This document shows positions 30,505 to 39,626 of a stretch of DNA of 64,000 bases, one piece after another. How positions within the stretch are numbered: the first letter of the stretch is position 1; each line of letters opens with the position of its first letter. Location of the stretch: assembly GCA_021151605.1 (NCBI GenBank), contig JAGKWZ010000002.1, forward strand, positions 13,896-77,895, in the 5' to 3' direction. Source of the DNA: Verrucomicrobiaceae bacterium (GTDB lineage: Bacteria; Verrucomicrobiota; Verrucomicrobiia; Verrucomicrobiales; Verrucomicrobiaceae). The notes below the pieces were generated by a model. That model was not told the origin of the DNA and ran no database searches. It worked only from the letters and a program-made list of their open reading frames with translations. The translations under genes were made by a program, and so were the position numbers.

Positions 30505-30530
30505 AACATCACAAATCCTCACCCGATCCG

Positions 30531-31097
30531 ATGAAAGCTCTTATTTGCCTTAGCTTCGCTATTCTAGCCTCAATGGTCCATGCCGACACCACGGCGATCT
30601 GGGCTGGCAGGGCTGATATCACCTTCTCCGGCACCTCCACCCTTCACGACTGGGGTGGAAAAGTGTCTGCCAAGCCTTTCAGCACAACCGTCATCTTGGA
30701 CGCCACGGGCAAGCCCATTCGCATTCAGGCTGAAGTCCGGATCGAAGCGGCCAAGATGGACACAGCCGAGGCGAAGCGGGATGAAAACATGCGCAAGGCC
30801 ATGAAGGTCACCGACCATCCGCTCATCTCCGGCCTCATAGACGTTCCTGCGAGTCAAATTGCCGCTGATGGCAAGACGCCAACGAAGTTGCCCATGACCC
30901 TGACCTTGCTTGGCAAACCACAAAAGGTCACCGCCACCATCACGAACTGGAAGCTCGTTGGCGGTAAGGCCACCTTCGATCTCGACTTCCCGGTCTCCAT
31001 GAAAGACAGCGGGATTAGCGTCCCCACGGTGCTGTTATTCATCCGCGTAGGCGATGGAGTGAAGGTTCATGCCTCGGTTACCTTGACTCAATCTTGA
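30531..31097 (+). CDS. YceI-family lipid/polyisoprenoid-binding protein
   Basis: Signal peptide, GTSTLHDW.G, RDENMRKAM. Confidence 0.82.
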   Translation: MKALICLSFAILASMVHADTTAIWAGRADITFSGTSTLHDWGGKVSAKPFSTTVILDATGKPIRIQAEVRIEAAKMDTAEAKRDENMRKAMKVTDHPLISGLIDVPASQIAADGKTPTKLPMTLTLLGKPQKVTATITNWKLVGGKATFDLDFPVSMKDSGISVPTVLLFIRVGDGVKVHASVTLTQS

Positions 31098-31110
31098 TCC
31101 TCTGACTCAC

Positions 31111-32259
31111 ATGTCTGCCTACCTTCATCACATCTCCACGAGCACACCAGCCTACACCTACGCGCAAAGCTACACGCGCGACCGACTCAAAGGCTGGGCC
31201 AAAGACGCGAAAACGAAACGTCTTATCCACGCCATCTACAACCGCAGCGGCATTGAGACGCGTCACAGCGTTACAGGTGATTTCGTTACCGGCACCGAGG
31301 CCACACTTTATCGCAGCGATGCCGATGGCACGCTCATACCGCCGGGCACGGAGGAAAGAAACCGCGTCTATACCCACTGTGCTCGCGAGCTTGCCGTTGA
31401 GCTGGCCCGCCGCACCATCACGAATGCGACTGGCTTTGAGAAAGAGGACATCACGCACATCATCTACACCTCATGCACCGGCTTCGCGAACCCAGGCCCC
31501 GACTTCCACATCATCAAGGAACTAGGCCTGCGCCCAAATGTGGAACGCTACACGCTCGGGTTCATGGGCTGCTACGCCGCCTTCCCGGCGCTGCGCATGG
31601 CGGCTCAGTTTTGTGAGGCAAATGCTGACGCGGTGGTGCTCGTGATCTGTCTGGAACTTTGCACGTTGCACATGCAGATCAATGACCAGCCGGACAGCAT
31701 CCTGGCCAACTCATTGTTCGCTGATGGCGCCAGCGCCGCAATCGTCAGCGCTCGCGAGCCGGTCGAAGGCAAGCCTGCCTATCGTCTCGATGGCTTCGAG
31801 TCTGCCGTCGTTCCCTCCAGCGAGGCGGACATGGCTTGGGAGATCGGCAATGAAGGATTCAACATCGTCCTCTCCAGCTACGTGCCGGACATCATCGGCG
31901 GGAACATCCGTCAGCTTCTCAATGGCGTGCTGAAGCGGCATGACACCAACGTCGATGAGATCGACGAATGGGCCGTGCATCCAGGAGGTCGTGCCATCCT
32001 CGATAAAGTGGAGGAGAGCTTGCATCTGAAACCCGACGCGCTCGAAGCCGCACGCACCACTCTGCGCGACTATGGCAACATGAGCAGCGCCACCATTCTC
32101 TTCGTGCTCAAAGAAATGCTCGACTCGGCAGAAACCGACCGAGCCACTCTCTGCGCCATGGCTTTTGGACCCGGACTCACCGTCGAAACCGCTGTCATGG
32201 TGCGCATTGGCAGCACGTCGATGAAAACACATGAGACAAGTTCAGCAGGCCACGCTTGA
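31111..32259 (+). CDS. Type III polyketide synthase
   Basis: Catalytic triad in FMGCYAA, VHPGG, YGNMSS; LFADGA; FGPGL. Confidence 0.96.
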   Translation: MSAYLHHISTSTPAYTYAQSYTRDRLKGWAKDAKTKRLIHAIYNRSGIETRHSVTGDFVTGTEATLYRSDADGTLIPPGTEERNRVYTHCARELAVELARRTITNATGFEKEDITHIIYTSCTGFANPGPDFHIIKELGLRPNVERYTLGFMGCYAAFPALRMAAQFCEANADAVVLVICLELCTLHMQINDQPDSILANSLFADGASAAIVSAREPVEGKPAYRLDGFESAVVPSSEADMAWEIGNEGFNIVLSSYVPDIIGGNIRQLLNGVLKRHDTNVDEIDEWAVHPGGRAILDKVEESLHLKPDALEAARTTLRDYGNMSSATILFVLKEMLDSAETDRATLCAMAFGPGLTVETAVMVRIGSTSMKTHETSSAGHA

Positions 32260-34226
32260 TGGATAGCTCCGGCAAACTCTACTCAGCAGCCCAGCGCTAT
32301 GTCGCTCTGGGCTATGGCACCGTCAGTCTCGGACTCTTCTTTGCGTCCGTCTCCGTGATGTTTTGGAGTCTCTACAATGGTCTGTATGGCAGCCTGCTGC
32401 ATTTGCATGGCGGTGCGGCCCTGGCGATGAATGTCTTCCTCATCCTGCAGTTCGCCATCGGTCACACTTGGCTTCTTTCGGATCGTGGTCGCCGCTTCAT
32501 GGCACGCTTGGCACCGCTGGGGCTCGGCTCGGTCCTTTCCACAACGGTCTTTGCAGGTCTGGCCTCCTTTCAATTGCTGCTTACCTTCCTTCTTTGGTCG
32601 TCCACGGATACCGTCTGGTGGATGCCCACAGGTGGGATCAAAACGACGCTTAGCGTGCTCTACGGCATCTCCTGGATCTTGCTCGCGAAGTCGATGTCTG
32701 ATGCTGGTATCGACATTCAGATGGGCACGCTCGGCTGGCGCTCCGTGTGGCGTGGTGAGCGGCCAGTGTATCGGCCATTCACACGCACCGGCATGTTTCG
32801 TCACAGCCGTCAGCCGATCTATTCTTCCTTTACCCTCATTTTGTGGACTGGGCCAGTCTGGACGCCTGACCATCTCGTCATCGCCGTGCTTTGGAGTGCC
32901 TACTGCGTGCTTGCGCCGATGATCAAAGAGAAGCGCTATCGTCAGTGGTATGGTGCAGCTTTTGAGCGTTATCGTCAGCGCGTGCCGTATTGGTTTCCGG
33001 CGAAAGTGCGCTCCATCAAATCTCCCACCATGAAACCCACGGATCACGACATCGCCATCGTCGGAGCGGGACCAGTGGGTTTGTTGCTCGCAGGCTTGCT
33101 CGGACAAAAGGGCCTGCGTGTGCTCATCGTGGACAAGCGTACGGAACCGCTGCCGAACTCGCAAGCCATCGGCATCACGCCTCCATCACTAGAGATCCTT
33201 TCGCAGCTCGGACTGGAAGATGAATTCGTCCGCCATGGCGTGCCGATTCGTGACTGCCATGTGCATGGGCAAAACGGTCGGCTGGGCTGCGTCTCCTTTC
33301 GCGAGATTCCAGGCACGCATCGCTACATACTTTCGCTCCCCCAGCAGCAGACGCTGACCTTGCTGGAGGCAAAACTCGCCACTATGCCGAACGTGACCTT
33401 GCATCGCGGCATCGAGATCACGCAGATCGATCAAGATGCCGAGACCGTGACAGTTCAGGGCGATGGCTTCACCAGCACCGCCCGCTGGCTCATCGGCTGC
33501 GATGGCAACAAAAGCCGCGTACGTGAGCTGATCAAGATGCGCAGCAATGGTGCGAACTACGGCTGCCATTTCCTCATGGGTGATTTCGTGGATCACACCG
33601 ACATGAAGGAAGAAGCGCATCTCTGGTTCACAGCCGATGGTGCTGTCGAGGCCTTCCCGCTGCCAGATGGCAAGCGCCGCTGGATCGTGCAGACAAAGCA
33701 GCCTGTCACCGAGTCGAAGTACGGCATCATCAGCGAAACGGTGCGCAAGCGCGCCGGTCTGAATCTCGCCATCGAAGATCAATTGAACCAAAGCCCCTTC
33801 TCTCCGCGTTGGATGCAGGCGGAGCAATACCACGACGGGCGCGTCATTCTCTGTGGCGATGCCGCCCATCTCATGAGCCCCATCGGCGGTCAGGGCATGA
33901 ATACTGGCTGGGCAGATGCCGAGTTCCTCGCTGAAGCGTTGCTCGCTATCGAACAGCGCGCACAGCCTGCTTTGCCCTTGCTGGAGGCCTACGACCGCTG
34001 CCGCCATCGCGCGTCAAATGCCGCCATTCATCGTGCTGCCCGCGGCATGTGGCTCGGCACCCGCACAGGCATTGTTCAGTCGTGGCTGCGTGATGTTTTT
34101 ATGAGCGAGTGCCTGCTTAAAGGGCCCCTCTCACACCGAACCGGGCCCTACTTTGCCATGCTCACAATCCCCTTCAATACGGTGCGGCAAGTCCCTGCAA
34201 AGGTTTGGAGGAAGGCCTTGCTTTAA
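32259..34226 (+). CDS. Fusion of an ICMT/nurim/MddA-like membrane methyltransferase and an FAD-dependent monooxygenase
   Basis: N-part multi-TM with G.FRHSRQPIY and KEKRY...G..FERYRQRVP; C-part GAGPVG, GCDG, GDAAH.MSPIGGQGMN; TGATG overlap with the PKS. Confidence 0.88.
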   Translation: MDSSGKLYSAAQRYVALGYGTVSLGLFFASVSVMFWSLYNGLYGSLLHLHGGAALAMNVFLILQFAIGHTWLLSDRGRRFMARLAPLGLGSVLSTTVFAGLASFQLLLTFLLWSSTDTVWWMPTGGIKTTLSVLYGISWILLAKSMSDAGIDIQMGTLGWRSVWRGERPVYRPFTRTGMFRHSRQPIYSSFTLILWTGPVWTPDHLVIAVLWSAYCVLAPMIKEKRYRQWYGAAFERYRQRVPYWFPAKVRSIKSPTMKPTDHDIAIVGAGPVGLLLAGLLGQKGLRVLIVDKRTEPLPNSQAIGITPPSLEILSQLGLEDEFVRHGVPIRDCHVHGQNGRLGCVSFREIPGTHRYILSLPQQQTLTLLEAKLATMPNVTLHRGIEITQIDQDAETVTVQGDGFTSTARWLIGCDGNKSRVRELIKMRSNGANYGCHFLMGDFVDHTDMKEEAHLWFTADGAVEAFPLPDGKRRWIVQTKQPVTESKYGIISETVRKRAGLNLAIEDQLNQSPFSPRWMQAEQYHDGRVILCGDAAHLMSPIGGQGMNTGWADAEFLAEALLAIEQRAQPALPLLEAYDRCRHRASNAAIHRAARGMWLGTRTGIVQSWLRDVFMSECLLKGPLSHRTGPYFAMLTIPFNTVRQVPAKVWRKALL

Positions 34227-34260
34227 TTAAGTGTGCCGCTGGATGACTGGACCGACAAAC

Positions 34261-34908
34261 ATGCGAACACGAGTCGTTGAGCCCGAGCTATTGGAGACCT
34301 ATCCAGATGACCACCCTGATGCAATCGTAGGGCGGGAGGATCTGCTACTCGTGAATGCTGTGATGGGAAACCATCGCTGGATGGAACGCACACTGCGGCG
34401 CCTATACCAGCCTGGATGGCATATCACAGAACTTGGGGCTGGGGATGGGGCTCTCTCACTGCGCTTTCTAGAGAGTGGCATCTGTGATGCCAGTGCACTT
34501 CATGGCTTTGACCTCGCCCAGCGTCCTGTGCTCTGGCCAAAGATGGCAGCATGGACTCAGGGAGATTTTTTCCATCATCCACTGCCTGAAAGTGAGGTGC
34601 TGGTGGCAAATCTGATCCTGCATCACTTCAAAGACGATCAGCTCCGTGTGCTCGGCAGCCGGATCTCGTCAAAGACGTGCCTGATCCTGGCAGCGGAGCC
34701 CGAGCGCCAGCGGCGGCACACGTTCATGGGACGGTTTTTTTCATGGTTGGCGGAGCTGCATGCCATCACCTGTCATGACATGCAGGTCAGCATTCGTGCC
34801 GGATTCCGTGGAGATGAGGTGCGTGAAGCTCTCGGTCTCGGACCCGAGTGGCAGGGGGAAGTCCGTAGCACGATCTTCGGGGCTCTGCGCGTCTGTTTGT
34901 GGCGGTGA
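34261..34908 (+). CDS. Class I methyltransferase of the type found next to type III PKS genes
   Basis: RVVEPELLE, ELGAGDG, NLILHHF, SIRAGF. Confidence 0.85.
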   Translation: MRTRVVEPELLETYPDDHPDAIVGREDLLLVNAVMGNHRWMERTLRRLYQPGWHITELGAGDGALSLRFLESGICDASALHGFDLAQRPVLWPKMAAWTQGDFFHHPLPESEVLVANLILHHFKDDQLRVLGSRISSKTCLILAAEPERQRRHTFMGRFFSWLAELHAITCHDMQVSIRAGFRGDEVREALGLGPEWQGEVRSTIFGALRVCLWR

Positions 34909-35091
34909 AGGAAGGCATTGAGGAATGGCTTCGACAATCGGCCTGGCGAGCGCAGCATGAACTGGCCTGCCGTGCGTGCGGAGTTGTCCAAGATCGACTT
35001 CACCGGCCGGGCCGCCGCTGAGGTAAAGGCGGGCGATTGGGACTACCTGGCCGATGTGGCGAAGCGGATGGTCCGAGTGCTGGATTTGTAG
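34909..35091 (+). pseudogene. C-terminal remnant of a sugar-phosphate isomerase/epimerase (TIM barrel)
   Basis: Reads GFDNRPGERSMNWPAVRAELSKIDFTGRAAAEVKAGDWDYLADVAKRMVRVLDL*, with the N-terminal part of the gene missing. Confidence 0.6.
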
Positions 35092-35156
35092 TGCACCGAG
35101 GTCGTCTGAAAGTTCCCGCCGCTCGTACCGTCTCCTCCGTCCCATTCAACAAACCT

Positions 35157-35699
35157 ATGAAACACCTTCTTCTTTCCCTCCTCCTCGCTGCCGGCATCGC
35201 TGGTGCTGCAGAAAAGTCCGTGCTCGATATTCCGCTGAAGGACATCGATGGCAAAGACACCTCCCTCAAAGCCTATGAAGGCAAAGTCCTCCTCGTCGTG
35301 AACGTGGCCTCCCGCTGCGGCCTGACGAAGCAGTACAAGGAACTCCAGGCGCTGCACGAGAAGTTCAAGGATCAGGGCTTCAGCGTGGTCGGCTTCCCCT
35401 GCAATGACTTCGGCGCTCAGGAGCCCGGCACGAACGAGGAAATCAAAATCTTCTGCACTGAGAAGTACAAGGTGAGCTTCCCCATGTTCGACAAACTGCA
35501 CGTCAAAGGCGCGGAACAGCATCCCCTCTACACCGCCCTCACCGGCAAAGAAGGTGCCTTCCCCGGCGATGTGAAATGGAACTTCGGCAAGTTCCTCATC
35601 GGCAAAGACGGCAAGCCCCTCCAGCGCTTCGAGCCAAAGACCACGCCTGATGATGTCACCGTCGTGTCCGCCATCGAGAAGGCGATTGCTGCGAAGTAA
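35157..35699 (+). CDS. Glutathione peroxidase family protein (Cys type, exported)
   Basis: NVASRCGLT, GFPCNDFG.QEPG, KWNF.KFL. Confidence 0.95.
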   Translation: MKHLLLSLLLAAGIAGAAEKSVLDIPLKDIDGKDTSLKAYEGKVLLVVNVASRCGLTKQYKELQALHEKFKDQGFSVVGFPCNDFGAQEPGTNEEIKIFCTEKYKVSFPMFDKLHVKGAEQHPLYTALTGKEGAFPGDVKWNFGKFLIGKDGKPLQRFEPKTTPDDVTVVSAIEKAIAAK

Positions 35700-35720
35700 T
35701 TAGAGATTCATTTGAACCGA

Positions 35721-35756
35721 CAAAGCCGTGCTCTTCGGATCACGGCTTTGCTTTTA
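35721..35756 (+). terminator. Intrinsic terminator
   Basis: CAAAGCCGTG/CACGGCTTTG stem followed by CTTTT. Confidence 0.7.
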
Positions 35757-35790
35757 TGAGGCTACTGCCATGCATTCCAAAAACGAACCA

Positions 35791-36327
35791 ATGAAGTGCT
35801 TCCAAGTCGTTACATCTCCTGGTTTCAAGGTGATCAACCTGGCCGAAGGCTCGCTGTACGAAGATTTCTACGGTATCTCTGAACCTGGGAAGCCTCATAA
35901 TCTTGGTGTTCCCAAAGTGATGTGGGTGGATCCCGATCATAGGAAAAAATGCATCAAGGGAAGTGCTTCCTGGTTTAGCGGGGGAGGAATCGTTTTGACC
36001 GTCCAAGCAGTGCGAGCTTTGAAGCCTGTCTTGATCGATTTGGAGCTTGTTCGCCTTGATGCAGCAGGGGAGCCACTCTTCTTCGTCAATCCTCCAAAAC
36101 TTAAAGGCGTGGACGTAAACGCTTCGGAGTTTATTCCATGTCCAATTTCAGGAGAGCCACTTGATTTCACGAAGGTGGTGATGCGTTCTTCTTTCATCCC
36201 TGACTACACGATTTTCAAAATGCCAGGACGCCGCTCAAGCTCTGTTTTCGTCACATCAGCATTTGTGGATTGCTTCTCAAATAGCGGACTCGCAGGAATC
36301 GGATTTGAAGAGTTCTTCCTTTACTGA
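35791..36327 (+). CDS. Imm11/DUF1629-like putative immunity protein
   Basis: C-terminal IFKM....VFVTSAF....SGLAGIGF pattern; AT-richer than its neighbours. Confidence 0.55.
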   Translation: MKCFQVVTSPGFKVINLAEGSLYEDFYGISEPGKPHNLGVPKVMWVDPDHRKKCIKGSASWFSGGGIVLTVQAVRALKPVLIDLELVRLDAAGEPLFFVNPPKLKGVDVNASEFIPCPISGEPLDFTKVVMRSSFIPDYTIFKMPGRRSSSVFVTSAFVDCFSNSGLAGIGFEEFFLY

Positions 36328-36378
36328 CTGAATGATTTCCGACCGAGCTATTCGGCGCTGACCTCGGGAATACATGGT

Positions 36379-37377
36379 TCACCCCCCAATCGCGATCATC
36401 TTCCGGTTCGGCTGGTAGTTGTCGCGGAAGTCGTGCTCCTTCGGCTTTCTGGCGACGACGTTGTGGATGAGAGTGGCGAGTTCCTCGTCACTGCATCCGG
36501 CGCGGAGGGCTTCGCGGAGGTCGAACTCGAGGTAGCTGCCGAGGCAGGGGCGGAGTTTGCCGTCGCTGGTGAGGCGGAGTTTGTTGCAGTTCTCGCAGAA
36601 GTGCAGGTTCGTCATCGCACCGATGAAGCCGATCTTCTGGCCGGTGGCCGGGATGGCGTAGTAGGTGGCGGGGCCGTTGGTTTTAAAGTCGGGCAGTGGC
36701 GTGAGAGGGCCGTAGTGCTGCTCCACCATCTGTTTCGCATGAGAGGTGGAGAGGAAGTTGGCCTCGCTCAGCACGTCCTGGGTGCTCACGGGCATGAGTT
36801 CAATGAAACGAAGCAGCGCGTCCTTGCTGCGGGCGTAGTCGATGAGTGGCACAAACTCGCGCTCGGTCTGATTTTTCATCAGCACGCAGTTCAGGCGGAT
36901 GGAGCGGAATCCGGCGTCGATGGCGGCATCAATGCCATCGAGCACCTTGGGTAGGAGATCGCGGCTCGTGCTGCGCTGGTAGGCGGCGCGGTCGAGCGAG
37001 TCGAGCGAGACATTGGCGCTCTGCACGCCAGCTTTGACCAGACGTGCAGCGATGGTCTCTCCCTGCTCTTCTTTGCTCAAAAGCGTGCCGTTCGTGGAGA
37101 TGCCGATCTGCTCGATGCCCGGAATGGCGGCGATCTGTGCGCAGAAATCAGCCACACCTGGACGCGTGAGCGGCTCGCCACCGGTGACGCGGACCTTTTT
37201 GATGCCTAGCCCGGCGCCGACACGCAGGACGCGCAGCATTTCCTCATAGCTAAGCACTTCTTCCTTCGGAAACCAGGCCTGCTCCTCCTCGGGCATGCAG
37301 TAGCGGCAGCGTTCGTTGCACCGGTCGGTGACTGACACTCGCAGGTAGGAGATCTGATGGCCGAAGGCGTCTTCCAC
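36379..37377 (-). CDS. moaA: GTP 3',8-cyclase (radical SAM); start uncertain
   Basis: YLRVSVTDRCNERCRYC, FCENCNKLRLTSDG.L.PCL, C-terminal MIAIGG. Confidence 0.95.
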   Translation of the reverse strand: MEDAFGHQISYLRVSVTDRCNERCRYCMPEEEQAWFPKEEVLSYEEMLRVLRVGAGLGIKKVRVTGGEPLTRPGVADFCAQIAAIPGIEQIGISTNGTLLSKEEQGETIAARLVKAGVQSANVSLDSLDRAAYQRSTSRDLLPKVLDGIDAAIDAGFRSIRLNCVLMKNQTEREFVPLIDYARSKDALLRFIELMPVSTQDVLSEANFLSTSHAKQMVEQHYGPLTPLPDFKTNGPATYYAIPATGQKIGFIGAMTNLHFCENCNKLRLTSDGKLRPCLGSYLEFDLREALRAGCSDEELATLIHNVVARKPKEHDFRDNYQPNRKMIAIGG

Positions 37378-37405
37378 GGTGGGGGGATGGGATACGCAGT
37401 GCGGA

Positions 37406-37693
37406 TCAGTCGAGGACCGGACCTTTGACTGACCAGCGCTTGATGACAAAGCCGGTGGCGGCCTTTTCCTTCCAAAGGGCAAAATGCGGCGTCTTGGTGT
37501 GTGCTTCCAGCGCGGCTTCGTCCACATACTGTTCGCTGAGGGCGAAGAGATTCGGCTGCTCAAACTGGCGGTTCACCTCGAAGCGGGTGCAGCCCGGCTC
37601 CTTCACGGACTCGGCTGCATTGAAGGAGCTAACTTCGAGAAACTCATCGACACGGGCGGGGTCGATTTCGAGGATGACAATAACATTGATCAT
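37406..37693 (-). CDS. Antibiotic biosynthesis monooxygenase family (LsrG/YgiN-like)
   Basis: EPGC.RF, E.Y.DEAALEAH.KTPHF. Confidence 0.88.
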   Translation of the reverse strand: MINVIVILEIDPARVDEFLEVSSFNAAESVKEPGCTRFEVNRQFEQPNLFALSEQYVDEAALEAHTKTPHFALWKEKAATGFVIKRWSVKGPVLD

Positions 37694-37777
37694 GGTGACG
37701 CCGACAGAGCCGATTTTGCGATAACATGCAACCTCACGCTGCCGTATCATTCCCCTCACTACCCCGACCTACCAGAC

Positions 37778-38875
37778 ATGAAGTCCATCCCAGCCCTGAT
37801 CCTCCTCCTGTCTGCCGCCGCGCTGTCCGCGCAGGATGCGAAGCCTGCCGCACCCGCCCCGGCCAAACCCGCTGAAGTTCCGAAGCCCGCGGCTGCTCCC
37901 ACTCCAGCCCCTACCGCTGCCAAGCCGGCTCCGGCGACGCCACCTACTGCCGCCCCAGCGAAGCCTGTGACGCCAGCTCCAGCCAAGCCCGCTGAGACTA
38001 AACCGGCCCCAGCGACCGCAGCGAAGCCTGCTCCAGCGCCTGCGAAGCCCGCCGCTCCAGCCACGGCGAAAACCGAACCCGCCAAACCTGCGACACCACC
38101 TCCACCGCCGAAGCCCTTCGCTGTCTTTAAGGACAAAGCCCTCGAAGCCGCCGTGCGGAAGCAGGTCTTCGCCAAGCGCGACAACCAGGAAGTCATCACC
38201 GCTGAGGATGTCGCCACTGTTTCCATCATTGAGGGCAAAGGCGCAGGCATCACCGATCTGACCGGCTTGGAAAAATGCGTCGCGCTGGCATCACTGACCT
38301 TGCCAGACAACAAGCTCACCAGCCTCGCCGCCATCAAAGGCTTGGAGCGGCTCCAGTTCCTTGATGTGGCAAACAACCAAATCGCCGACATCTCCCCACT
38401 GGCCAACTGCAAGGCGCTGCAATACGTCGAACTCACCAACAACAAAGTCACCGATGTCACCGCCCTCGGCGGCATCACCGCGCTGAACTCGCTCTACCTC
38501 GCCGGGAACCAGATCGCCGATGTCTCCGCGCTCTTCAAACTGCCCAAAGTCTGGACGCTCTACCTCGACGGAAACAAAATCACCAAGCTCGACGGCATCG
38601 GCCAGTTGAAGTGGCTGTCCATGCTCTCGCTGAAGGGCAATCAAGTCGCCGATCTCGCCCCGCTGGAAGCTTTGACCGACCTTCAGTTCCTCTTCCTCGA
38701 CAAGAACCCCGTCGCCGACATCGCCCCGCTGCATCGCGCCTGGAAAAAGGACAACGATGGCCCCCGCGAGTGGGCTCCTTATTGCCAGATCTACCTCACT
38801 GAATGCCCGCTGAACGATGCCTCCAAAGCACTCGTCGATGAGATGAAGAAGGCTGGCGCGCGCATCACTCCTTGA
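37778..38875 (+). CDS. Secreted internalin-like LRR protein with a Pro/Ala/Lys-rich linker
   Basis: Signal peptide, AKPA repeats, FKDKALEAAVR cap, L.L..N.I.D...L repeats. Confidence 0.9.
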   Translation: MKSIPALILLLSAAALSAQDAKPAAPAPAKPAEVPKPAAAPTPAPTAAKPAPATPPTAAPAKPVTPAPAKPAETKPAPATAAKPAPAPAKPAAPATAKTEPAKPATPPPPPKPFAVFKDKALEAAVRKQVFAKRDNQEVITAEDVATVSIIEGKGAGITDLTGLEKCVALASLTLPDNKLTSLAAIKGLERLQFLDVANNQIADISPLANCKALQYVELTNNKVTDVTALGGITALNSLYLAGNQIADVSALFKLPKVWTLYLDGNKITKLDGIGQLKWLSMLSLKGNQVADLAPLEALTDLQFLFLDKNPVADIAPLHRAWKKDNDGPREWAPYCQIYLTECPLNDASKALVDEMKKAGARITP

Positions 38876-38891
38876 GCAAGAAAACAGAAAT

Positions 38892-38923
38892 AGGCTGCCC
38901 GCGACTCTCGGGCAGCCTTTTTT
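38892..38923 (+). terminator. Intrinsic terminator
   Basis: AGGCTGCCCG/CGGGCAGCCT stem followed by a T run. Confidence 0.85.
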
Positions 38924-39084
38924 ATGCCCAGGCATGGCGATTCAAATGTGCCATAATTGGCAATTCGGAGGCTCTTTCCATGTTTCCATTTGAGTCTCTT
39001 TGGCGCAAATGGAGATGAGTGGCTTTGGGTGGATGATCCCATAAATCATTGATTGATAATCGTTTAATGATCCAGCTCACAAGC

Positions 39085-39100
39085 TGGCACCGAGTTTGCA
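39085..39100 (+). promoter_or_regulatory. Sigma54 -24/-12 promoter of the hsp20 pair
   Basis: TGGCAC-CGAGT-TTGCA matches consensus, 50 bp upstream of the ATG. Confidence 0.8.
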
Positions 39101-39149
39101 ATAGGTGGAGAGGTCCTGAAAAGACAACCCAAACTCAAACTATCATCCC

Positions 39150-39593
39150 ATGAAACTCATCCGTTCTAATCCTGCTCTGAATCTTGGTCGTGCCGCGGAC
39201 TTTGGTCCTTGGCTGCGTCACCCCTTTGCCGGTATTCCGGCGGTGGCTCAGCTCTTGGAGGACTTTTTCCCCGCAGCACCTGCTTCACCCGCCGCTGGCC
39301 GACTCGCCACGGACCTCCACGAAGACGCGGGCAACTTCTACGCCCGCTTTGAACTGCCTGGCGTGAAGAAAGACGCCGTGAAGGTCGAGCTCCGCGAAGG
39401 TGTTCTGACCGTCTCGGCCGAGCGCCGCGTCAAATCAGGCGAAAACGAGTCCGCCTACACCCTCAGCCGCTCGCTCAGCCTTCCTGAGACGGTCAATGCC
39501 GAGGGCATCAGCGCCAAGCTCGAAGACGGCCTGCTCACCGTGACCCTGCCGAAGCAGGAACAGCGCAAGCCCAAGCTCATCGCCATCAACTAA
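39150..39593 (+). CDS. Hsp20/alpha-crystallin small heat-shock protein
   Basis: ELPGVKK, RSLSLP, AKLEDGLLTVTLPK. Confidence 0.95.
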   Translation: MKLIRSNPALNLGRAADFGPWLRHPFAGIPAVAQLLEDFFPAAPASPAAGRLATDLHEDAGNFYARFELPGVKKDAVKVELREGVLTVSAERRVKSGENESAYTLSRSLSLPETVNAEGISAKLEDGLLTVTLPKQEQRKPKLIAIN

Positions 39594-39626
39594 ACCTATT
39601 CACAAAACTCATCCCCTTATCCTCCT

